Below, piece by piece: positions 17,142-28,016 of a stretch of DNA of 64,000 nt. Each line of letters opens with the position of its first letter. Position 1 is the first letter of the stretch. The notes beneath the pieces are model-generated. The model saw only the letters and a list, made by a program, of their open reading frames with translations. It was not told the origin of the DNA and ran no database searches. The stretch is from positions 2,688,001 to 2,752,000 of the forward strand of contig OZ254086.1 of the NCBI GenBank assembly GCA_965267575.1. The letters are read 5' to 3'. The DNA is from Calditrichales bacterium. GTDB lineage: Bacteria; Calditrichota; Calditrichia; Calditrichales; J004. The translations under genes were made by a program, and so were the position numbers.

Positions 17142-18040
17142 AAACGCGTCAACTCCTTCATCTCATCAAAGCGTTTATCCAACCTGTTATTATCCAGCTT
17201 TTTTAAATTATCCAGGCTGAAATCTTCCACCGTAAAGGAAGCCATGGTGCAGCCAAAGACCAGCGCCTTGCGGATTGTATCCTCGCTGGTATTATTCGCC
17301 CGGGCAATATAGCCGAGAAAGCCTCCCGCAAATGAATCGCCGGCGCCGGTAGGGTCAACCACTTTTTCAACGGGATAGGCGGGCGTAAAAAAGAAACTGC
17401 CGGAACCGGAGTAGAGCAACGCGCCATGTTCGCCTTTTTTGACGACAACCTTGTCCGGCCCCAGCGCGCAAATAGCCTTCACCGCCTTAATGATATTAAC
17501 CTCACCGGTAAACTCCAGAACCTCTTCATCATTCATGATGACGATATCGGACTGGCGCACGACCTTTTCCAGGGCATCCCTCTTACCGCTTATCCAGAAA
17601 TTCATCGTATCCAGCACTACCAGCTGCGGCTTTTCGATTTGCTCCAGCACCTGAAGCTGCAGCTCCGGGGCAATGTTGGCCAGAAAAACGTAACGGGCTT
17701 TTTTGTACTGCTCCGGGATCTGCGGGTTAAAATTTTCGAAGACGTTCAGGTATGTGAAAAGCGTATCGCGTTGATTCATATTGCTGTGATAGCGTCCGCC
17801 CCAGCGAAACGTGTCGCCTTTTTCGGTGTAAAGCCCGTCAAAGTTAACGCTTCTTTTTTTCAGGAACTCCAGATGCGACGTGTCAAAATCGCTGCCGATA
17901 ACGCCGACCACGTTCACCGGACTGAACAAGCTGGCCGCCGCGCTGAAGTAAAGCGTGCTGCCACCCAGAGCGTTATCCACTTTGCCAAAAGGGGTTTCAA
18001 CAGTATCGTAAGCAATCGATCCTACAACTAAAATACTCAT
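17138..18040 (-). CDS. PfkB family carbohydrate kinase
   Basis: MSILVVGSIAYD..., DPTGAGDSFAGG. Confidence 0.92.
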   Translation of the reverse strand: MSILVVGSIAYDTVETPFGKVDNALGGSTLYFSAAASLFSPVNVVGVIGSDFDTSHLEFLKKRSVNFDGLYTEKGDTFRWGGRYHSNMNQRDTLFTYLNVFENFNPQIPEQYKKARYVFLANIAPELQLQVLEQIEKPQLVVLDTMNFWISGKRDALEKVVRQSDIVIMNDEEVLEFTGEVNIIKAVKAICALGPDKVVVKKGEHGALLYSGSGSFFFTPAYPVEKVVDPTGAGDSFAGGFLGYIARANNTSEDTIRKALVFGCTMASFTVEDFSLDNLKKLDNNRLDKRFDEMKELTRF

Positions 18041-18053
18041 TACAATCTCCGTT

Positions 18054-19700
18054 TTACATGCTTTGTGGCGCGCTAATGCCCAGAACGCGCAGGCCGTTGG
18101 CAAGAATGATGCGCGTGGCATCGGTCAGCGTCAGCCGTGCCAGTGTCAGTTCTTTCTCGTCCCCGATAACACGGCATTCCGTGTAAAATTTGTGAAACAC
18201 ACCGGCCAGGTCGAACAGGTAATTGACCAGCTTCTGCGGCTCCAGTGTCTCCGCGCAAAGCGTCATAATCTCGGGAAAGCGTATCAGCTCTTTGACCAGG
18301 TTGAGCTCTTCGTCTTTTTGCAGTTGGGCAAAGAGCGCCTCGTCACGGCTTTGATAATCCAGCTCTTTGCTCTCGGCCAGGCGCAGGATGCTGCAAATGC
18401 GTGCGTGCGCATACTGGATATAATAAACGGGGTTTTCATCGGATTGTGTTTTTGCCAGCGCCAGGTCAAAGTTGAGATGCGAATTCATGCTGCGCATCAG
18501 GAAAAAATAGCGCGTCACGTCGACACCCACTTCATCCATCAATTCGTCCAGCGTTGTAAAGTTGGCTTTCCGCGTGGACATCTTGATTTTCTGCCCGCCA
18601 TCGGTCAAGGTAACAAACTGGTGGATCAACACGCGCACCGTATCGGCATCGTAGCCCAGCACTTTCAGCGCCGCCAGTACATCGGGATAGGTGTCAATAT
18701 GGTCTGCGCCAAAGATATCAATGATCAGGTCGTAGCCGCGCTTGATTTTTTCAACATGATAGGCCATATCCGGCAGGCGGTAAGTGGGTTCGCCGCTACT
18801 CTTGATGATCACGCGGTCCTGCTCCATGCCCAGTTTAGTCGTTAAAAACCAGGTGGCACCGTCGCGTTCATCCACATAGCCCTTTTCACGAAGCTGCTCA
18901 ACGACTTGCTCTATCTTTCCGTCATCATAAAGCGACTTTTCATTGAAGAAGACGTCAAAGCCAAAGCCAAGGCGTCTCACCGTTTTCTTAATGTCTTCAA
19001 AAATGGCGTCTTCCGCGGCCTGCTTAAAAGGTTCAACCTCTTCGGTTTTCAGCAGATCGTTTCCATGCCGCGATTGCAGCTCGCGGGCGATATCCGTGAT
19101 ATACTCGCCCTGGTAGTGATCTTCAGGAAAGTCAACCTGTTTGCCGCAAAGCTGCTTGTAGCGCAGACGCACGGATTCACCTAAAATACGCATCTGCCGC
19201 CCGGCATTGTTGAAGTAATATTCGCGCGTCACATCATAGCCGGCGTTTTCCAGGATGTTGGCAACCGTGTCGCCCAACACCGCCTGCCGCCCATGCCCGA
19301 TCGTGAGCGGACCCGTGGGGTTGGCGCTTACAAATTCTATCTGCGCGCGCTGGCCTTTTCCCAGCTCCAGCCGGCCGTAGTTTTCCTTCTCCTGCAGGAT
19401 TTGGGCAAATTGCTTAAGCAGGTTTGTCTTTGCCGCGTGGAAATTTATAAAGCCGGGTCCGGCGATTTCTATCTTGCTGATATAGCGGGGGTCTTGTTGG
19501 ATGAAAGCGACGATATCATCGGCAATGGCGCGAGGGTTTTTGCGCAGGGGTTTGGCCAGTTGCATGGCCATATTGCATGCGAAATCGCCAAATTGCTCTT
19601 CCTTGGGCCGCTGCAGAATTACAGGAACATCGCTAATGCCTTTGTCATCGAGGTAAGCCTGTAATTGCCGGCGGATAAAATCTTCCGCGCTGATCGTCAT
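18054..19700 (-). CDS. argS: Arginine--tRNA ligase
   Basis: EFVSANPTGPLTIGHGR, KMSTR, YYIQYAHARICS. Confidence 0.97.
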   Translation of the reverse strand: MTISAEDFIRRQLQAYLDDKGISDVPVILQRPKEEQFGDFACNMAMQLAKPLRKNPRAIADDIVAFIQQDPRYISKIEIAGPGFINFHAAKTNLLKQFAQILQEKENYGRLELGKGQRAQIEFVSANPTGPLTIGHGRQAVLGDTVANILENAGYDVTREYYFNNAGRQMRILGESVRLRYKQLCGKQVDFPEDHYQGEYITDIARELQSRHGNDLLKTEEVEPFKQAAEDAIFEDIKKTVRRLGFGFDVFFNEKSLYDDGKIEQVVEQLREKGYVDERDGATWFLTTKLGMEQDRVIIKSSGEPTYRLPDMAYHVEKIKRGYDLIIDIFGADHIDTYPDVLAALKVLGYDADTVRVLIHQFVTLTDGGQKIKMSTRKANFTTLDELMDEVGVDVTRYFFLMRSMNSHLNFDLALAKTQSDENPVYYIQYAHARICSILRLAESKELDYQSRDEALFAQLQKDEELNLVKELIRFPEIMTLCAETLEPQKLVNYLFDLAGVFHKFYTECRVIGDEKELTLARLTLTDATRIILANGLRVLGISAPQSM

Positions 19701-20053
19701 GCCACCTGTTCCCGGACAAAAGTCATTTTGGCGTCGCCCCACAATTTTTCGAGGCCGTAATATTCACGTTTTTCCTTGCGGAACAGATGTACAACCACGT
19801 CCACATAATCCAGCAGAATCCAGTGCGGGGAATCAATGCCTTCCTTGTGGTAAATATGCACGCCGTCTTCTTTGCGCAGCTTTCTTTCAATATTATCGGC
19901 GATTGCTTTCAGCTGAACGTCGCTGTCTGCCGAGGCAACCACGAAATAATCAGTGACGCTGGATATCTTGTGCACATCCATGATCACGATTTGCTGTCCT
20001 TTTTTTTCCAAAGCAAAATCTGCAATTTTTTGAGCCAGTTCTTTAGCCTTCAA
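19697..20053 (-). CDS. rsfS: Ribosome silencing factor
   Basis: TDYFVVAS...WILLDYVDVVVHLF...YYGLEKLWGD. Confidence 0.95.
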   Translation of the reverse strand: MKAKELAQKIADFALEKKGQQIVIMDVHKISSVTDYFVVASADSDVQLKAIADNIERKLRKEDGVHIYHKEGIDSPHWILLDYVDVVVHLFRKEKREYYGLEKLWGDAKMTFVREQVA

Positions 20054-20071
20054 AATAAAGCTCCAAATGTT

Positions 20072-20776
20072 CTACTGAAAAATTGGTAACGTCTTATAGT
20101 CTTCACCAATAATGATGGTGATATCGGCAATGGGCGACGGGTTGTTGTATGATTCCACGTTGCTGTACAGCACGCCCATTACATCGGCCAGGTCGCGCGC
20201 GTTTTCCACTTTGCCAACCTGGTCAATAATGCGTGTCTCTTTTACTTCCCAGTTGATGTTTCCGCGTTCCATGTAATTGCCGCTGTTCACGATGTCATAA
20301 CGCGAATCCTTGAGAATATTGGCCAGCTTACCGGCAATACCTTTTTCGCCGCATCCGTTTAAAATCTCCAGTTGTATGCGCCGTTCAATAGGTGAATATT
20401 GCTGAGCGGGTATCGGATTTTGCCCGCTGCCCCCGTCATTGGCCGCAGCCTGTGTGTTTTCCGATGGAATCTTCGGCACACTGCTTTCCGTCACCGGCTG
20501 GTTGGCGCTTTCTGAAACCGTGCCTGATGACGGCAGAATGGAATCCGCAAAAGCCAAAATGGAATCGCTGTAGTACCAGGCGGCCGCCGCCATTACGGCA
20601 ATCGCAAGTAAAACAAAAGGAAATTTGGGAATGGATTTCGGGGAACGCTGAAAAGCAGGTGATGTTTGTGTTCTGTTTTTGCGCTTACGGACTGTCTGCG
20701 TGTGAACTCTTCTGCGATGTCTCAAAATTGTGTTAAAACCCCCGGCTATTAAAAAAAATAACCGGACGGCAAACAC
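20072..20776 (-). CDS. LytR C-terminal domain membrane protein (start uncertain)
   Basis: TM helix; EILNGCGEKGIA...DITIIIGEDY. Confidence 0.8.
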   Translation of the reverse strand: MFAVRLFFLIAGGFNTILRHRRRVHTQTVRKRKNRTQTSPAFQRSPKSIPKFPFVLLAIAVMAAAAWYYSDSILAFADSILPSSGTVSESANQPVTESSVPKIPSENTQAAANDGGSGQNPIPAQQYSPIERRIQLEILNGCGEKGIAGKLANILKDSRYDIVNSGNYMERGNINWEVKETRIIDQVGKVENARDLADVMGVLYSNVESYNNPSPIADITIIIGEDYKTLPIFQ

Positions 20777-20831
20777 ATATTAACGTTTGAGCCCGGTTAT
20801 AAAAATCGGCCATGTAATTATTCGTTACTTG

Positions 20832-21323
20832 TCATTGTTCAAATCTGGAGAAAAAGGGACTGTAATAGCGCCGGTCAAATCCATTGTAAAACATGGAGTT
20901 GGTGGTATATGGCGCTTTTTCGAAACGCAGCGAAAGCCCGGCGTTCTCCGAGATTTTGTAGTCCAGCTGCGCGCTGCCAAAAAACTGCGGCTGATCCAGG
21001 AATGAGCTTTCGCCAAACGTGTGATAAGGCGTGGACATAATTCCCAGGTTGGTGGACAGCATTACATTTTCGCTGAGCTGAATGTACATGGAATTCATAT
21101 AAGCGTTTTGAAGCATCTGCTGCCCGCCACCCATTCCGAATGAAGCCGAGAAACTGTGGTTCATACGGATTTTGCCGGGATCAATAAAGTCCAGCAAAAA
21201 GTTGTTGGTTGGCTGCGCAACAATCGAACTGAAATCCGGCTGATCGGCGTCTTTTTTGAGCTGGCCAAAAGACAGGGCCGGTATAGCAAAAGAAACCAGC
21301 AGGAAAACGACTATTTTTTTCAT
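20832..21323 (-). CDS. Hypothetical secreted/outer-membrane protein
   Basis: Signal peptide MKKIVVFLL..., GGAGG RBS, beta-strand-rich. Confidence 0.75.
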   Translation of the reverse strand: MKKIVVFLLVSFAIPALSFGQLKKDADQPDFSSIVAQPTNNFLLDFIDPGKIRMNHSFSASFGMGGGQQMLQNAYMNSMYIQLSENVMLSTNLGIMSTPYHTFGESSFLDQPQFFGSAQLDYKISENAGLSLRFEKAPYTTNSMFYNGFDRRYYSPFFSRFEQ

Positions 21324-21387
21324 AAATGCCTCCAAAACATTTGGCCAAAATTATTAAACATCCGTCATTAAAGCAACAGACATCCAG

Positions 21388-22125
21388 TTAACGACGACTG
21401 TTTAGAATTGTTTCGGCCTGACGCAATTGCTCAACGGTGTTTATACCGCGTGTTTCATCGAAGCTTTCGGCCACGACAGCACTGATTTTTTTACCTTCGT
21501 TAATGAAAATCTCGATGACATCGGGCAGATAGTATTCGCCCTGGGCATTGTCATTGTCCACATTACTTAAGGCTTTAAACAGGTTCTTCGAGTCAAAAAT
21601 GTAGATGCCCACGTTAATCTCATCGATTTTCAGTTCATCTTCACTGGCGTCTTTGTGTTCCACAATTCTGGCCACAGAACCATCATTATTTCGAACGACA
21701 CGTCCGTAGCCGGTCGGATCATCCAGGCGGGCGGTGAGCAACGTGCAAACCGCGGCATTATCCAGATGGCTTTGTACCAGTTTTTGCAGCGTCGTTTCCG
21801 TAAGCAGGGGTACGTCACCGGACAAAACAAGAACTGCGCCGTCAAACTCTTTCAGCTCAGGTTCGGCCATCTGCACGGCGTGACCGGTGCCCAATTGCTT
21901 TTCCTGTATCGCAAAACGCACATCACGATCGCCACATTCCTCTTCGACAAGCTCCTTTTTGTGGCCTATCACAAGGATTGTTTTTTCCGATTTCAGCTTA
22001 TCGGCCAGATCAATGACATAATGGATCATGGCTTTGCCGTTCAGGGGATGCAGTACTTTAGGCAAGTCCGATTTCATGCGGGTGCCTTTGCCCGCGGCCA
22101 TGATTACTGTAGCGAGTTTTTGCAT
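21388..22125 (-). CDS. GlmU-like uridyltransferase (N-terminal domain only)
   Basis: AAGKGTRMKSDLPKVLH, QLGTGHAV, GDVPL, EYYLPD; no acetyltransferase beta-helix. Confidence 0.88.
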   Translation of the reverse strand: MQKLATVIMAAGKGTRMKSDLPKVLHPLNGKAMIHYVIDLADKLKSEKTILVIGHKKELVEEECGDRDVRFAIQEKQLGTGHAVQMAEPELKEFDGAVLVLSGDVPLLTETTLQKLVQSHLDNAAVCTLLTARLDDPTGYGRVVRNNDGSVARIVEHKDASEDELKIDEINVGIYIFDSKNLFKALSNVDNDNAQGEYYLPDVIEIFINEGKKISAVVAESFDETRGINTVEQLRQAETILNSRR

Positions 22126-22143
22126 GAAGTTCTCCGTTATTCG

Positions 22144-22989
22144 TTAATAGGTTAAAAGCGTATTGTCAATCAGCCGCGTTGTGCCGACATAAACAGCCAG
22201 GGCCAGCAAAATCGTGTCGCCCTTTTGGTACTCTTCGGTGAGCGAAGAGGCGTTTACAAAGCTTACGTAATCTACGCGGCATTGCGATTGCGCCTTAATA
22301 TCGGTAATAATTTTTTCGCGTATTTGGGGAATGTCACGATTGCCTTCGCTGAAGGCTTTTTCGGCATAGGCAAGGCTGCGGCTGAGCACCAGTGCCTGGC
22401 GGCGTTGCTCCGGTGACAGATATTTATTGCGCGAACTCATCGCCAGGCCGTCTTCCTCACGCACAATCGGAGCCACCTCAATCTCCGTGCGGAAGTTAAG
22501 ATCACGCACCATGTTTCGGATGATCAGCGCCTGCTGTGCATCCTTCTGCCCAAACACGGAGACCTCAGGATCCACGATATTAAAAAGCTTGCTTACGACC
22601 GTGATGACACCGCGAAAGTGCGTCGGACGACTGGCCCCGCATAGAAAGCTGGCCAAAGATTCGTTCACAACATAGGTTTGATGGTCCTTGCCGTACATCA
22701 TGCCGTCCGATGGAGTGAACACCGCATCCACGCCCTCGCTGCGGCAAAGCTTAAGGTCGCGCTCCATATCGCGCGGATATGCATCGAGGTCTTCGTTGGG
22801 GCCAAACTGGGTTGGGTTGACGTAGATGGAAACAACAACGCTGTCTGAAAGCTGGCGGGCGCGGCGTATCAGGCTGAGGTGGCCTTCGTGCAAATAACCC
22901 ATAGTCGGTACAAAACCGATGCGCTTGCCTGTAGCATGCCGCTCCAGCGACCAGGCGCGCATGGTTGTAACGGAATCAATAACTTTCAT
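22144..22989 (-). CDS. panC: Pantoate--beta-alanine ligase
   Basis: PTMGYLHEGH, FGQKDAQQ, GLAMSSRN, RLIDN. Confidence 0.97.
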   Translation of the reverse strand: MKVIDSVTTMRAWSLERHATGKRIGFVPTMGYLHEGHLSLIRRARQLSDSVVVSIYVNPTQFGPNEDLDAYPRDMERDLKLCRSEGVDAVFTPSDGMMYGKDHQTYVVNESLASFLCGASRPTHFRGVITVVSKLFNIVDPEVSVFGQKDAQQALIIRNMVRDLNFRTEIEVAPIVREEDGLAMSSRNKYLSPEQRRQALVLSRSLAYAEKAFSEGNRDIPQIREKIITDIKAQSQCRVDYVSFVNASSLTEEYQKGDTILLALAVYVGTTRLIDNTLLTY

Positions 22990-23791
22990 CTTCTGAAGGG
23001 AACTTTACATTGCGAACGTCTTCAATGTAGGCGCGGACCGCCTTTTCCATGGCTTCACCCATTTCGGCGTAGCGGCGTACAAACTTGGGGCGGAACTGAG
23101 TGAACAGCCCCAGCATGTCGTGGGTTACCAGCACCTGGCCATCACATCCGGCGCCGGCACCAATACCGATGGTCGGTACCTTTAATGAAGCGGAAACCTG
23201 GTGCGCCAGCCTCGCGGGGATTTTTTCCAGCACAATACTGAAGACACCGGCCTCCTGCAGAATTTGCGCGTCTTCTACAAGTTTCTTTGCCTCGGCTTCT
23301 TCGCGGGCGCGCAGTTTAAAACCTCCAAAACGGTGGATCGATTGCGGGGTAAGGCCCAGGTGCCCCATAACCGGAATGCCCACATCCACCAGGGCACGAA
23401 TTGTGTCCGCCATGTGTCGGCCGCCTTCGATCTTAACCGCCTCTGCGCCGCATTCCTGCAAAAAGCGTCCGGCGTTTTCCATGGCCCGTTCTGTGCTTGC
23501 CTGGTATGACATGAAAGGCATATCGGCTACCAACAAGGCATTCTGCACGCCGCGGCGAACCGAGCGTGTATAAAAAAGCATATCTTCCATGGTCACGGCC
23601 AGGGTATCGCTTTTGCCACCCATCACCATGCCTCCGGAGTCGCCGACGAGGATAATGTCAATACCGCTCTGGTCGAGGATATGCGCCATCAACGCGTCAT
23701 AAGCAGTGAGCATGGCGATTTTGCGGCCACCCTTTTTCATGGCCATCACATCGGGGACGGTGACTTTTTTTCTGTCATTTTGCACAGACAT
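22976..23791 (-). CDS. panB: 3-methyl-2-oxobutanoate hydroxymethyltransferase
   Basis: LTAYD, LVGDS, ADMPF, AVKIEGG, GHLGLTPQ. Confidence 0.97.
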   Translation of the reverse strand: MSVQNDRKKVTVPDVMAMKKGGRKIAMLTAYDALMAHILDQSGIDIILVGDSGGMVMGGKSDTLAVTMEDMLFYTRSVRRGVQNALLVADMPFMSYQASTERAMENAGRFLQECGAEAVKIEGGRHMADTIRALVDVGIPVMGHLGLTPQSIHRFGGFKLRAREEAEAKKLVEDAQILQEAGVFSIVLEKIPARLAHQVSASLKVPTIGIGAGAGCDGQVLVTHDMLGLFTQFRPKFVRRYAEMGEAMEKAVRAYIEDVRNVKFPSEDESY

Positions 23792-23808
23792 GCTGAGAGA
23801 GTCCTTTC

Positions 23809-24927
23809 TTATTCAGCGGGGTCATAGCTGTCAATAATGGCGCCGCCAACGACGCTTTCACCTTCGTAAAATACGCACGATTGCCCCGGCGTTACAGCTT
23901 TTTGTGGTGTGTCAAAACGAACTTTAACGCCAGTGGCGCCCGCTGGATAAATGGTCGCCATGCTGCCGGCGTCTTTATAACGGATTTTTGCCCGGACGTG
24001 TAAGCCTTCTTCGGGGATTTCCGGGTACTTGATCATGTTCAGCTGCTTCCCGATAAACGAATCACTGCGCAGCTCGTCTTCCTCGCCGATGACCACTTCG
24101 TTTGTTTGCGGGTTTGTGCCCAGCACGTACATCGGTTTTTCAAAACCGCCGCCCAGACCGCGGCGCTGCCCGATGGTGAAAAAGGGATAGCCTTTATGCT
24201 TACCCAGTTTTTCTCCCTGCCGGTTTACCAGATCGCCCTCGCTTACTTTTTCTTCCAGGCCCGGCACCACTTTTTTCAAAAAGCGATTGTAATCATTGTC
24301 GGGTACAAAACAGATCTCCATCGATTCTTTTTTCTCGGCCGTGCGCAAACCATATTTGCGGGCCAGCTCACGCACCTGAGGTTTGGTCAGCTCGCCCAGG
24401 GGATAGAGCGTCCGGGCCAGACTGTCCTGCCGTGTACCCCACAGGGCATAGGATTGGTCCTTGCGCGGATCGAGACCCATGTGCAATTCATAGCGCCCGC
24501 TGTCTTCATTAAAGCGCACCCGTGCGTAATGCCCCGTTGAAACGTAGTCGGCGCCCAGCTCGGTCGCTTTATCCAGCAATGTTTTCCACTTGATCTTGAT
24601 GTTGCACTGCACACAGGGGTTGGGCGTGCGCCCGGCGAGATATTCATCAATAAAATCATCGACAACGCCGTCATGAAATTCACGGCTGAAGTTGAGCACG
24701 TAGTGGGGGATTCCGAGCCTGGCGCATACCATCCGCGCGTCATTGATCGAATCGAGCGAACAGCAACCGCTTTCGTGGTTGACATTGCCGCCCACCAGCT
24801 CATAATCCCACAGCTTCATTGTTATTCCGATGCAGTTGTAGCCTTGCTCCTTAAGCAAAGCGGCGGCTACGGAACTGTCCACGCCGCCGCTCATGGCAAC
24901 AACTACGGTCTTATTATTTGCAGACAT
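23809..24927 (-). CDS. mnmA: tRNA 2-thiouridine synthase
   Basis: AMSGGVDSS, TPNPCVQCN, TGHYAR, KDQSY, TPGQ. Confidence 0.97.
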   Translation of the reverse strand: MSANNKTVVVAMSGGVDSSVAAALLKEQGYNCIGITMKLWDYELVGGNVNHESGCCSLDSINDARMVCARLGIPHYVLNFSREFHDGVVDDFIDEYLAGRTPNPCVQCNIKIKWKTLLDKATELGADYVSTGHYARVRFNEDSGRYELHMGLDPRKDQSYALWGTRQDSLARTLYPLGELTKPQVRELARKYGLRTAEKKESMEICFVPDNDYNRFLKKVVPGLEEKVSEGDLVNRQGEKLGKHKGYPFFTIGQRRGLGGGFEKPMYVLGTNPQTNEVVIGEEDELRSDSFIGKQLNMIKYPEIPEEGLHVRAKIRYKDAGSMATIYPAGATGVKVRFDTPQKAVTPGQSCVFYEGESVVGGAIIDSYDPAE

Positions 24928-24943
24928 AAATTGAGTATACGTT

Positions 24944-25360
24944 TTATAGATTTTTAGAAATAATTACTTCTGTACCTTTATCCGAAACATTGTATTCGAC
25001 GTCATCCATCAGGGCGCGCACCAGGTAAATACCCCGTCCGTTTTCCGCCAGCAGGTTTTCCGGTTCAAGCGGGTCGCGCACTTTTTCCGGATTAAAGCCT
25101 GTTCCCTCATCATGGATGTGGATGGATAATCTTTCTGCTGACATTTCAAAATGAATGGTTACCTTTTTTTTAGGATCGTTTTTATTTCCGTGCAGGATCG
25201 CATTGTTAACCATTTCCGTCAACGCTATCGAAATATCATCAATGTCATCTTCCGTGAAACCGCACTTACCGGCGATTTTGCAGGAAAGATTTTCGATCTC
25301 TTCCAGGTATTCCACACTGCTGGGAATTGTCTTTGAAATGGTTTTTGTCCCGTCGGTCAT
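24944..25360 (-). CDS. RsbW-like anti-sigma factor kinase
   Basis: EMVNNAILHGN, DEGTGF, GRGIYLVRALMD. Confidence 0.88.
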   Translation of the reverse strand: MTDGTKTISKTIPSSVEYLEEIENLSCKIAGKCGFTEDDIDDISIALTEMVNNAILHGNKNDPKKKVTIHFEMSAERLSIHIHDEGTGFNPEKVRDPLEPENLLAENGRGIYLVRALMDDVEYNVSDKGTEVIISKNL

Positions 25361-25495
25361 AATTTCTCCAAAGTCGGCCAATTTATTTAGCCCCCTTTTT
25401 ATTGTCAAATAGGCATAAAACGATCTTCGGCCTTTTATTGCTTAATAAAAGATAAAAGCTTTAGATTTGGAATCATTTGACCATGGACACGACTC

Positions 25496-25879
25496 ATGAC
25501 TTTGCTGCTCAGACTGATTAATGCTCATTTCCCATGGATTCTGATGATTGTTCTGATCTCCATGCAATCCGCATTATCCGGCCCCGTTATCGGCTTAAAG
25601 ATCGGGTATGCCGACAAGCTGATACATTTTTGTACGTTCGGGGTTACAGCCTGGTTCGCCACACGCGGAATAGCGATAACAGCGCGTAAACCTGTAAAGC
25701 GTATCTGGCTTTGGATAATTCCCTTTGGCGGGGCTTTTTTCGCTATCATCGACGAATGGCACCAGTCACTTGTCCCCGGACGCAGCCCCGATCCCGCAGA
25801 CTGGCTGGCAGACATTCTTGGCGTAACCATTTTCATGCTGCTTTACATGAAAAGATTCCCCGAATTTTTCAGGGAGTAA
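25496..25879 (+). CDS. VanZ family protein
   Basis: DKLIHF...DEWHQSLVPGR...DWLADILG. Confidence 0.88.
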   Translation: MTLLLRLINAHFPWILMIVLISMQSALSGPVIGLKIGYADKLIHFCTFGVTAWFATRGIAITARKPVKRIWLWIIPFGGAFFAIIDEWHQSLVPGRSPDPADWLADILGVTIFMLLYMKRFPEFFRE

Positions 25880-26795
25880 GCCGCAGCCTCATATTGCCCC
25901 CACGGAAAACAGCCACTACCGGCCGGTGATCGGATACCGTTGAGGCATAGCCGTTTATCTGGTTGTCCAGGTATTGCACTTCCGCGCTGCCAATCCCGAA
26001 TTCATCAAAGCTGGACTGAGATATCATGATGTGATCAATCAGGCTGTTAAAGCTATTTGAGATATAGGATTCCTGGTCGAGACCGTTGGTAAGAAACCTG
26101 TATTCATCGCTTTTGCTTAAAAAGGGCATAAATACATTATCCGTTTCCGGATCGTCGAGCTGGTCATTCCAGTCTCCCACCACCACGAAGTCGGCATCGG
26201 CACCGGCGCGTATCTCTTCATCGATAAACAGTTCCAGCTTTTGGCATGCTTCACGACGCCGGGCCTCATTGCTATCGCCGCCAAGCGCTTTAAGGTGCAA
26301 CACAATCAGTGTAAAATCGTATTTGACGCTGTCCAGATCGCGCACGGTAACGAATGCTGTCAGCGGTGGCCGCGGAAAGGCGTAACCGTCATCTTCAAAA
26401 ATGTTACGCACATTGGCAATACTGATAAATTCGGATTTATAAATGATCCCCGTTTTCTGGTAGCTGCCACTGCTGTACACATCGTTGCTTAACACGGCGC
26501 GGTAACCGGGCAGCGAATCCATCAGACTGTTGAACGCGGACACGTCGGCTATCTCCTGTACGCCAAACAGATCGATATCCAAATCACGTATCAGCTCTTT
26601 GACTGCAGTGATGGTGCCGGCTCCGCCTTTGGGATAATTTTCAATATTCCAGGTGGCAATTTCCAGATACTCGTGCTGGCCCACCGGCTTAACCACCGGT
26701 CCCGGGTCATCATCCGGCGCGTTGACCCGCGCGTTGCAGGCCAGCAAAATAAAAATTGCAGACAGTAGCGTCGTTTTTTTAATAAATTTGTTCAT
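25869..26795 (-). CDS. Endonuclease/exonuclease/phosphatase family lipoprotein
   Basis: Lipobox LLAC; TWNIE, VQEI, HLKA, GDWND, IDHI, SDHRPV. Confidence 0.9.
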   Translation of the reverse strand: MNKFIKKTTLLSAIFILLACNARVNAPDDDPGPVVKPVGQHEYLEIATWNIENYPKGGAGTITAVKELIRDLDIDLFGVQEIADVSAFNSLMDSLPGYRAVLSNDVYSSGSYQKTGIIYKSEFISIANVRNIFEDDGYAFPRPPLTAFVTVRDLDSVKYDFTLIVLHLKALGGDSNEARRREACQKLELFIDEEIRAGADADFVVVGDWNDQLDDPETDNVFMPFLSKSDEYRFLTNGLDQESYISNSFNSLIDHIMISQSSFDEFGIGSAEVQYLDNQINGYASTVSDHRPVVAVFRGGNMRLRLTP

Positions 26796-26955
26796 AGCTT
26801 TATTAAGTTTATACATCCTGTTTTTTGTTCCCTTCCGTGTAATGAGGTGTAAAAAAGAGCAGGGAATTTACGTAAAAAAGATCGGTTTTTAAAATTGTCT
26901 GAAGTCTTTTAAGATTAAATGTTTTTGCTGTTTGAGGATGGCTTAAGGAGTAAGC

Positions 26956-27954
26956 ATGAGAAATTCCAAAATTATCGGCCTGGGCAAGTATCTGCCTGAA
27001 CAGAAAGTTACCAACCACGATCTTGAGAAACTGATGGAGACGTCAGACGACTGGATCGTTGAGCGTACCGGCATACGTGAGCGGCGCTATGTAAAGCCGG
27101 GTGTGGAAACCCCGTCCTACATGGGAGCCAAAGCTGCCGGGCAGGCGCTGGCGATGGCCGGGCTGGAAGCAAAGGATATCGACTTTATCGTTTTTGCCAC
27201 GCTGAGTCCGGATTTAACGTTTCCCGGATCGGGCTGCCTGATGCAGGAGCACCTGGGTATTTATGGCATTGGCGCCCTGGATGTGCGTAACCAGTGCAGC
27301 GGCTTCGTTTACGCGCTGGCTGTGGCCGACCAGTTTATCAGGGGCGGTATGTATAATAATATTCTCGTAGTCGGCAGCGAAGTTCAAAGCACCGGCCTCA
27401 ATTTTTCCACTGCCGGACGCGACGTAGCTGTTATTTTTGGCGATGGCGCAGGCGCCGCGGTGCTGTCCGCGACCACTGAAAAAGGCAAGGGCATCCTTGC
27501 CAGCAACATGCACGCGGACGGCCGTTTTGCCCGCGAGCTGATGGTGGAAGAGCCGGGCAGTATCAAAGAAAAGCGCATTAATCCCGAGTTGATGCAGAAC
27601 GGCAACGGCTATCCCTACATGAACGGGCGCTATGTGTTTAAGCACGCCGTTACCCGTTTCCCCGAGGCGATCCAGGAAGCGCTTTATGACGCGGGTCTTT
27701 CCATTAACGATGTGGACCTGGTTATCCCGCACCAGGCAAACCAGCGCATCACCGAAGCTATCGCGCAGAAGCTGAGGTTACCACAGGAAAAAGTGTTCAG
27801 TAATATCCACAAATACGGCAATACAACAGCGGCGTCTATACCCATAGCCCTGCGCGAAGCCTGGGAAGAAGGGCGCATTAAAGACAACAGCCTTGTCTGC
27901 CTGGCGGCTTTTGGCAGCGGCTTTACCTGGGGCGCCAATTTAATCCGATTTTGA
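26956..27954 (+). CDS. fabH: 3-oxoacyl-ACP synthase III
   Basis: QCSGF, FGDGAGA, PHQAN, GNTTAASIP. Confidence 0.95.
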   Translation: MRNSKIIGLGKYLPEQKVTNHDLEKLMETSDDWIVERTGIRERRYVKPGVETPSYMGAKAAGQALAMAGLEAKDIDFIVFATLSPDLTFPGSGCLMQEHLGIYGIGALDVRNQCSGFVYALAVADQFIRGGMYNNILVVGSEVQSTGLNFSTAGRDVAVIFGDGAGAAVLSATTEKGKGILASNMHADGRFARELMVEEPGSIKEKRINPELMQNGNGYPYMNGRYVFKHAVTRFPEAIQEALYDAGLSINDVDLVIPHQANQRITEAIAQKLRLPQEKVFSNIHKYGNTTAASIPIALREAWEEGRIKDNSLVCLAAFGSGFTWGANLIRF

Positions 27955-28016
27955 TTTTGAAACTGTTTTTGGCTTGTTTAACTTTCACGATTTGAAACGA
28001 AACCAAGGAAGACCCC

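Noticed and set aside
21388..22125. Truncated glmU pseudogene
   Set aside because: It ends cleanly at the domain boundary, and monofunctional uridyltransferases are known, so there is no sign of decay.
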